From Chlamydiales bacterium (GTDB lineage: Bacteria > Chlamydiota > Chlamydiia > Chlamydiales > JAAKFR01), in the NCBI GenBank assembly GCA_041395025.1, contig JAWLBH010000001.1:1-32000 (forward strand): a DNA stretch of 32,000 nucleotides, in the 5' to 3' direction. Below the pieces are notes generated by a model, which made no database searches, had not been told where the DNA came from, and worked only from the letters and a program-made list of their open reading frames with translations. Below are positions 27,405 to 32,000 of this stretch, piece by piece. The position numbers were made by a program, and so were the translations under genes. Position 1 is the stretch's first letter. Every line of letters starts with the position of its first letter.

Positions 27405-27434
27405 AATATAGCGAGGTTTTTAGTTTTCATTCAA
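27405..27434 (-). promoter_or_regulatory. Candidate sigma-66/70 promoter TTGAAT-N18-TATATT for tRNA-Pro (and possibly fdx and the iscA-like gene)
   Basis: Minus strand: -35 TTGAAT (27434-27429), an 18 nt spacer, and -10 TATATT (27410-27405). The -10 ends 10 nt upstream of the mature tRNA 5' end. Confidence 0.4.
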
Positions 27435-27611
27435 TAAGAAATCCTCTCTTTTCCTCGTGTGTGTTGATTTTTGACTAGAGATAAGAATGTATTGTATTTC
27501 TTCTTATTTTATCAACTTACCATAGATTCTTATGATTTATCTAAAGAACTAAATCAAATCTGAGTTTAACATGGTTTTTTTAATCTTTTTGATTTACTCG
27601 TTGTAAAAAAG

Positions 27612-28280
27612 ATGAATCAAGAAAAAACAGAACCACCAACAAAACGTAAGCTGAAAAAAGCACGGATGAAAGGGGAGATCGCTAAGTCTTCTTTTTTTGC
27701 AGGCGCCCTTATATTTATGGGAGCAATACTTTGCATCTGGGGATCAGCTACCCTTTTAGGAAGTCGATTTATCACAAGTATGCAAAATGGTTTAAGGAAC
27801 TTTGAGATGGAAGGGGCTTTTGCAAAGGTCATGGGTCCTTTAATTTACCCAGTGATTCTCATCATGGTAGGGATTTTCCTTCTGTCGATTATCGCCCATT
27901 TACTTCAAACAGGTTGGGTTTGGTCTATAGAAACTCTTTACCCTAGGTGGCATAAACCAAAGAGAGAATATCGATTCGTAATGCCAATCTTATACATGAT
28001 TCTTATGATAGGGGGGACCTATTTTGCGATCAAAAGGGGGCTAAATTTGGAGATTTTTTTCATTTCAGTTAAAGAGCAAGGAAAATTTTTTTTTAAAAAC
28101 ATCATGAGATTTTCATCTATAGTGGGAATTTTCTCGATCCTTCTAGGGCTTTGTGATTTTTTCTATCAAAAATCACGCTATTACAAACGGATGTATATGA
28201 CTCCTCAGGAAAAAAATGAGGAACTAAGAGAAGCAGAAGGGAATCCTCATTTAAAAGGGCTTTTAAGAAAACGTCACTAA
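27612..28280 (+). CDS. flhB: FlhB/SctU-family export-gate protein, membrane domain only (no C-terminal autocleavage domain)
   Basis: 222 aa. The N-terminus EKTEPPTKRKLKKARMKGEIAKSS matches the FlhB/SctU start. Hydrophobic segments follow. The protein ends at ...PQEKNEELREAEGNPHLKGLLRKRH, which is the linker (compare Salmonella FlhB ...QSEGDPHVKGRIRQ) that normally precedes the NPTH domain. Confidence 0.7.
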   Translation: MNQEKTEPPTKRKLKKARMKGEIAKSSFFAGALIFMGAILCIWGSATLLGSRFITSMQNGLRNFEMEGAFAKVMGPLIYPVILIMVGIFLLSIIAHLLQTGWVWSIETLYPRWHKPKREYRFVMPILYMILMIGGTYFAIKRGLNLEIFFISVKEQGKFFFKNIMRFSSIVGIFSILLGLCDFFYQKSRYYKRMYMTPQEKNEELREAEGNPHLKGLLRKRH

Positions 28281-28394
28281 AATAGTTTTATGAAAAGATT
28301 TTTTACTAAAAATCTACAAGGGGATAAAACTTTTAATTTTTATTAATTATAATTGATTGCGTAAAAAATCAAGGTTTCTTACACATAAAAAATC

Positions 28395-30239
28395 ATGGGG
28401 GAGATTTTTTATCGTCTACGTAGGCTGGTTACAGATACAGATGCTGTTTTAGCTATTGGGGTATTAGGGCTTGTTCTTTTGCTGATTGTTCCTATTCCTC
28501 CATTTTTACTGGATACGTTGATTTGCTTTAGTATTGTCTTTTCTGTCATGGCTCTTTTATTAACCTTATACATAGAAAATGCCTTAGAGTTTAGTGCGCT
28601 TCCATCACTTTTATTGTTTTTAACGATTTATCGCTTAGGATTGAATATCACCTCGACTCGTATGATTTTAACAGATGGAGAAGGAGGGGATATTATCAAG
28701 ACATTTGGTGGATTTGTGACAGCAGGAAATTTGGTGGTGGGTTTAATCCTATTTGCCCTGCTTACTATTATTAATTTCACTGTAGTCACAAAAGGAGCAG
28801 GAAGAATTGCAGAAGTTGCAGCTCGATTTATGCTAGAAGCTCTTCCAGGAAAGCAACTCGCAATTGATGGGGAACTTACAGGAGGATTGATTAATCAAGA
28901 GCAAGCTAAAGCAGCTAGAGAAAAAATTGCTCAGGAAGCTGAATTTTATGGAGCCATGGATGGGGCATCAAAATTTGTGAGAGGAGATGCTATTGTCGGT
29001 CTTGTTATTACCTGTGTGAATATTTGTGGAGGGTTAGTTGTTGGGCTCACTATGAAGGGGATGACATGGCAAACTTGCTTTGCGATTTTTACACGTTTAA
29101 CGATAGGAGATGGATTAGTTTCTCAAATTCCAGCTCTTTTCACTTCTATTGCAGCAGGAATCATGGTGACACGTGCCTCTTGTGGCAGTCTAGGAAAAAC
29201 TTTGACTAAACAAGTTTTCCATCATCCAAAAGTACTATTGATGGCGGGTGGAACAATGGTGCTTTTGAGTTTTGTTCCAGGAATGCCTATGCTAGTGATG
29301 GTACCTATTGGAGCGATATTTTTGATTTGTTCTTATTTTCAATTTAAAGCAGATACTCCATTAGATCAGAGAGAAAAAAAACCCACATCTTCTCTCTTCG
29401 TTCATCCTTTAGAAATTGAACTTGGATATGAGGTGGTCTCATTAGCTGAGGCTTTTCTACAAAATTTACCCAAGATCCGAAAAACGATTGGAAGACATTT
29501 AGGTGTTTCAGTACCTTACGTTCATATTACAGATCATGCTGAACTTGGACCAACTGCTTGGCGCATGCGTGTGAAGGGGATGGTTGTGGCCTCAGGTAGA
29601 GAAGCAAATTTACAGATTCTAATCAAAATATTCACGGAAATTGCTGAAGAACATATTTATGAGTTATTAAATCGACAGGATATTGCGCAGATGATTCAAG
29701 ATGTTAAATGTTATGATTCAGCTGTTGTGGAAGAGTTAATTGGAAAAAAGCTTACGATAGGTCAACTTGTTAAAGTTTTGCAGAATTTACTTAAAGAGAA
29801 GATTCCCATTCGGGATTTTGTCACGATTTTAGAAATTTTAGCAGATCATGCGAAAGGAGAACGTAGTGATATTATGGAATTAACAGAGGCTGTAAGAATG
29901 GGTCTGTCTAGAGGGATCTCTGAAGAATTTTTTGGAAAAACACATATTGCTTATGCCATTACAGTCGACCCAAAGGTAGAACAAATTCTTGATGTATCCA
30001 AAGGGAAGATACGCCCTGCTATGTTTAATAAACTCATGACCTCTTTGGTCAAGCTCACAGAAGAAGCAGAACAACGAGGGATTCATCCTATTTTAATTAC
30101 TACGGTGACTACTCGTGCAAAACTCAAAAAAATCATAGAAAATAAATTTCCCCAGCTTCCTGTGTTATCTTACAAAGAAGTAGGACAAGATGTAGAAGTT
30201 AAAGAAATTGGTCATCTATCACAAGAAGTTTTAATTTGA
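28395..30239 (+). CDS. flhA: Flagellar-type export apparatus protein FlhA (FHIPEP family)
   Basis: 614 aa. FHIPEP membrane domain (LPGKQLAIDGEL, SKFVRGDAIVGLVIT, QIPALFTSIAAGIMVTR) plus a cytoplasmic C-terminal domain. Adjacent to the sigma-28 gene, as in Chlamydia (CT060/CT061). Confidence 0.9.
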   Translation: MGEIFYRLRRLVTDTDAVLAIGVLGLVLLLIVPIPPFLLDTLICFSIVFSVMALLLTLYIENALEFSALPSLLLFLTIYRLGLNITSTRMILTDGEGGDIIKTFGGFVTAGNLVVGLILFALLTIINFTVVTKGAGRIAEVAARFMLEALPGKQLAIDGELTGGLINQEQAKAAREKIAQEAEFYGAMDGASKFVRGDAIVGLVITCVNICGGLVVGLTMKGMTWQTCFAIFTRLTIGDGLVSQIPALFTSIAAGIMVTRASCGSLGKTLTKQVFHHPKVLLMAGGTMVLLSFVPGMPMLVMVPIGAIFLICSYFQFKADTPLDQREKKPTSSLFVHPLEIELGYEVVSLAEAFLQNLPKIRKTIGRHLGVSVPYVHITDHAELGPTAWRMRVKGMVVASGREANLQILIKIFTEIAEEHIYELLNRQDIAQMIQDVKCYDSAVVEELIGKKLTIGQLVKVLQNLLKEKIPIRDFVTILEILADHAKGERSDIMELTEAVRMGLSRGISEEFFGKTHIAYAITVDPKVEQILDVSKGKIRPAMFNKLMTSLVKLTEEAEQRGIHPILITTVTTRAKLKKIIENKFPQLPVLSYKEVGQDVEVKEIGHLSQEVLI

Positions 30240-31165
30240 TGGAAAGAAAAAAAAATATTGCGGAAATTAAACGTTTAATCAAAGAAAAAAAAGATCTCTA
30301 CCCTCTAGTCGGAAGATCAATTCCTTATCAAAAGAACACTGATAGTAAAAACCTATCTTTGTCTTACTTCTCTGGATTTAAGGATAGTAAGCCATATGTT
30401 GAAAAAGAGTCGAGAGAGTCTATTTTAGCTTTAACTCATTTCTTACTTTCTAAAGGGATTTCTCAGAAGATTATCCAAAAAATTACCCTGCCATTTTTAG
30501 GAAAAAGCTGGTCGATGGATGAGTTAAAGAATTCTCTTGTGAAGGAGATAGAGACTGTAGGGGATCTTGCTGTTCCTAATCGTCTTGCCCTTGTTGGGCC
30601 AACTGGGGTAGGGAAAACAACAACCATCATGAAACTAGCAAAGTACTATAGCCATCGAGATAAAACTGTGGCGATTGTAGAATTAAATAAAAAAGCTCAC
30701 TATTCCCAGCTTAAGCATTATAGTGATCAAGAAGGAATTGCCTATTATCAGTCGCTAAACAAGGTTGAGGGAGATCTCATTTTAATCGACACTGAAGGGT
30801 GTAATTTTTACCAATCTAATCAAATTGATAATCTTGGAGAGCAACTCTCATCTTTTCGCCCTGTTGAGATTCTTCTTACTTTAAGTGCAGCTACTAAAGA
30901 AGTTGACTTATATGGAGCAATTCACCAATTTTCTCCTTTATGCCCAAATAGTCTGATTTTTACTAAGCTTGATGAGACTCTTACGAGTGGGATATTGATC
31001 AATATCGCATCTAAAACAGATCTTCCAATTCGTTATATTACATCTGATTTTCCTCTACCAGGTAAGGTAGAAATTGCGAATCCTTATAAGATTATTCACA
31101 AAATTCTGACTGAATTCAATAAAAAGGAATTTAATCAGATCAGATATTTATCATTGTATAATTAA
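30239..31165 (+). CDS. flhF: FlhF-like SRP-type GTPase
   Basis: G1 LVGPTGVGKTTTIMKLA, G3 LIDTEG, G4 FTKLDET (FlhF-typical TKLDET). The ATG at 30239 overlaps the flhA TGA in TGATG. The ORF track begins at TTG 30236. Confidence 0.75.
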   Translation: MERKKNIAEIKRLIKEKKDLYPLVGRSIPYQKNTDSKNLSLSYFSGFKDSKPYVEKESRESILALTHFLLSKGISQKIIQKITLPFLGKSWSMDELKNSLVKEIETVGDLAVPNRLALVGPTGVGKTTTIMKLAKYYSHRDKTVAIVELNKKAHYSQLKHYSDQEGIAYYQSLNKVEGDLILIDTEGCNFYQSNQIDNLGEQLSSFRPVEILLTLSAATKEVDLYGAIHQFSPLCPNSLIFTKLDETLTSGILINIASKTDLPIRYITSDFPLPGKVEIANPYKIIHKILTEFNKKEFNQIRYLSLYN

Positions 31166-31217
31166 AAATAATTAATTAAACTATGAATAGGGTTTTTTAT
31201 ATTCTGGTGATTTTAAT

Positions 31218-31991
31218 TTGAATGAAATAAAAAACGATCACAATTTAATCAAGGATCTTTGGACACGCTATCAAGAGACCAGAGACACTGAATATCGTGA
31301 TGAATTGATTCTTCATTATCTTTATCTTGTTAAATATGTTGTAGGGCGTCTAGCTGCTGGATTACCTGCTCATATTAAGCTGGATGATCTTTATTCTTCT
31401 GGTGTGACTGGTTTAATTAGATCGATTGAAAAGTACGATCACTTACGAAATATTAAATTTGAAAGTTATGCCGGTTTACTGATTAAAGGGGCGATTATTG
31501 ATGAAATGCGCGAGCTTGACTGGATTCCTCGTAGTGTGCATCAAAAAGCCAATGAAATTTCAAAGGCCCAAGAAAAATTGCAACAGGAACTAGGTCGTAA
31601 TCCAAATGATGAAGAATTATCTTCAGTCATGGGCCTCAATAAAGAAGAGCTTGGAAACTTACTCAATCGGGTACGTCCCGCAGTGCTTATCTCATTAAAT
31701 CGCGAAGAAAGGGATGAAGAAGAAAATGCTCCTTTATCAGAGAGAATTCCTGATTCACGTGGACATACGAGTGTTGAAATAGCAGAACGCAATGAGTCTG
31801 CTTTAATATTAGCGAATGCGATTGAGGGTTTACCTAAACAGGAAAAACAGGTTTTAAATCTCTATTATTATGAGGAATTGATGCTTAAGGAAATTGGAAA
31901 GATTATGGGGATTAGTGAATCAAGAGTTTCTCAAATTCACACAAAGGCGCTTCTAAAGTTGCGTACTAGGCTCTGTCGTGCCAAGTTTTAG
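31218..31991 (+). CDS. fliA: RNA polymerase sigma-28 factor (FliA/WhiG family; chlamydial RpsD)
   Basis: 257 aa. Region 2 (YRDELILHYLYLVKYVVGRL...SSGVTGLIRSIEKYD...FESYAGLLIKGAIIDEMRELDW) and region 4.2 HTH (LKEIGKIMGISESRVSQIHTKALLKLR). The apparent TTG start has GGTGA 7 nt upstream; no in-frame ATG lies nearby. Confidence 0.85.
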   Translation: MNEIKNDHNLIKDLWTRYQETRDTEYRDELILHYLYLVKYVVGRLAAGLPAHIKLDDLYSSGVTGLIRSIEKYDHLRNIKFESYAGLLIKGAIIDEMRELDWIPRSVHQKANEISKAQEKLQQELGRNPNDEELSSVMGLNKEELGNLLNRVRPAVLISLNREERDEEENAPLSERIPDSRGHTSVEIAERNESALILANAIEGLPKQEKQVLNLYYYEELMLKEIGKIMGISESRVSQIHTKALLKLRTRLCRAKF

Positions 31992-32000
31992 CTGGTCTTT

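Noticed and set aside
26603-27832. ORFs antisense to the iscA-like gene and ferredoxin (26603-26884, 26751-27068) and to the flhB-like gene (27617-27832); also 29024-29209 and 29880-30086 in flhA, and 31541-31792 in fliA
   Set aside because: They overlap confidently assigned genes on the opposite strand or in another frame, and show no motifs.
1-32000. CRISPR arrays, insertion sequences, rRNA genes
   Set aside because: I saw no spaced direct-repeat arrays, no transposase- or integrase-like ORFs, no inverted terminal repeats and no rRNA-like sequence anywhere in the window.

Overview
The window is AT-rich and reads as a chromosomal segment of a member of the Chlamydiae. It is probably an environmental or amoeba-associated lineage rather than Chlamydiaceae; that placement is inference from gene content and order. 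All protein calls below were made by eye from the translations; no searches were run.

From memory, most of the window follows the conserved chlamydial block known from C. trachomatis CT042-CT061:
- glgX (partial, found by my own reverse-strand translation because it runs off the window edge)
- the type III secretion chaperone Slc1, ssb and pepA
- a histone-like hctB carrying a perfect 4 x 51 bp tandem repeat and preceded by a sigma-28-type promoter
- holA-like, an RsmI/YraL-like methyltransferase, hemW and a small acidic protein
- a complete sucA-sucB-lpdA operon
- further on the minus strand, an IscA-type Fe-S protein with an N-terminal extra domain, a 2Fe-2S ferredoxin and tRNA-Pro(UGG)
- finally a flagellar-type export relic cluster: an FlhB-like protein lacking its C-terminal domain, flhA, flhF and the sigma-28 gene fliA

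The outstanding feature is one uninterrupted ~11.7 kb gene (14478..26171/26261, minus strand, ~3900 aa, 37% of the window). It sits in the slot between the suc operon and the ferredoxin gene. About 80% of it is unrecognisable to me. Near residues ~2330-2990 it carries an NTPase core with SF2/SecA-like motif order: GFGKT, DELDD, CSGT, CRGSD. Its local context reminds me of the DUF3638/DUF3645 module of giant eukaryotic proteins.

I saw no CRISPR array, transposase, integrase or rRNA.
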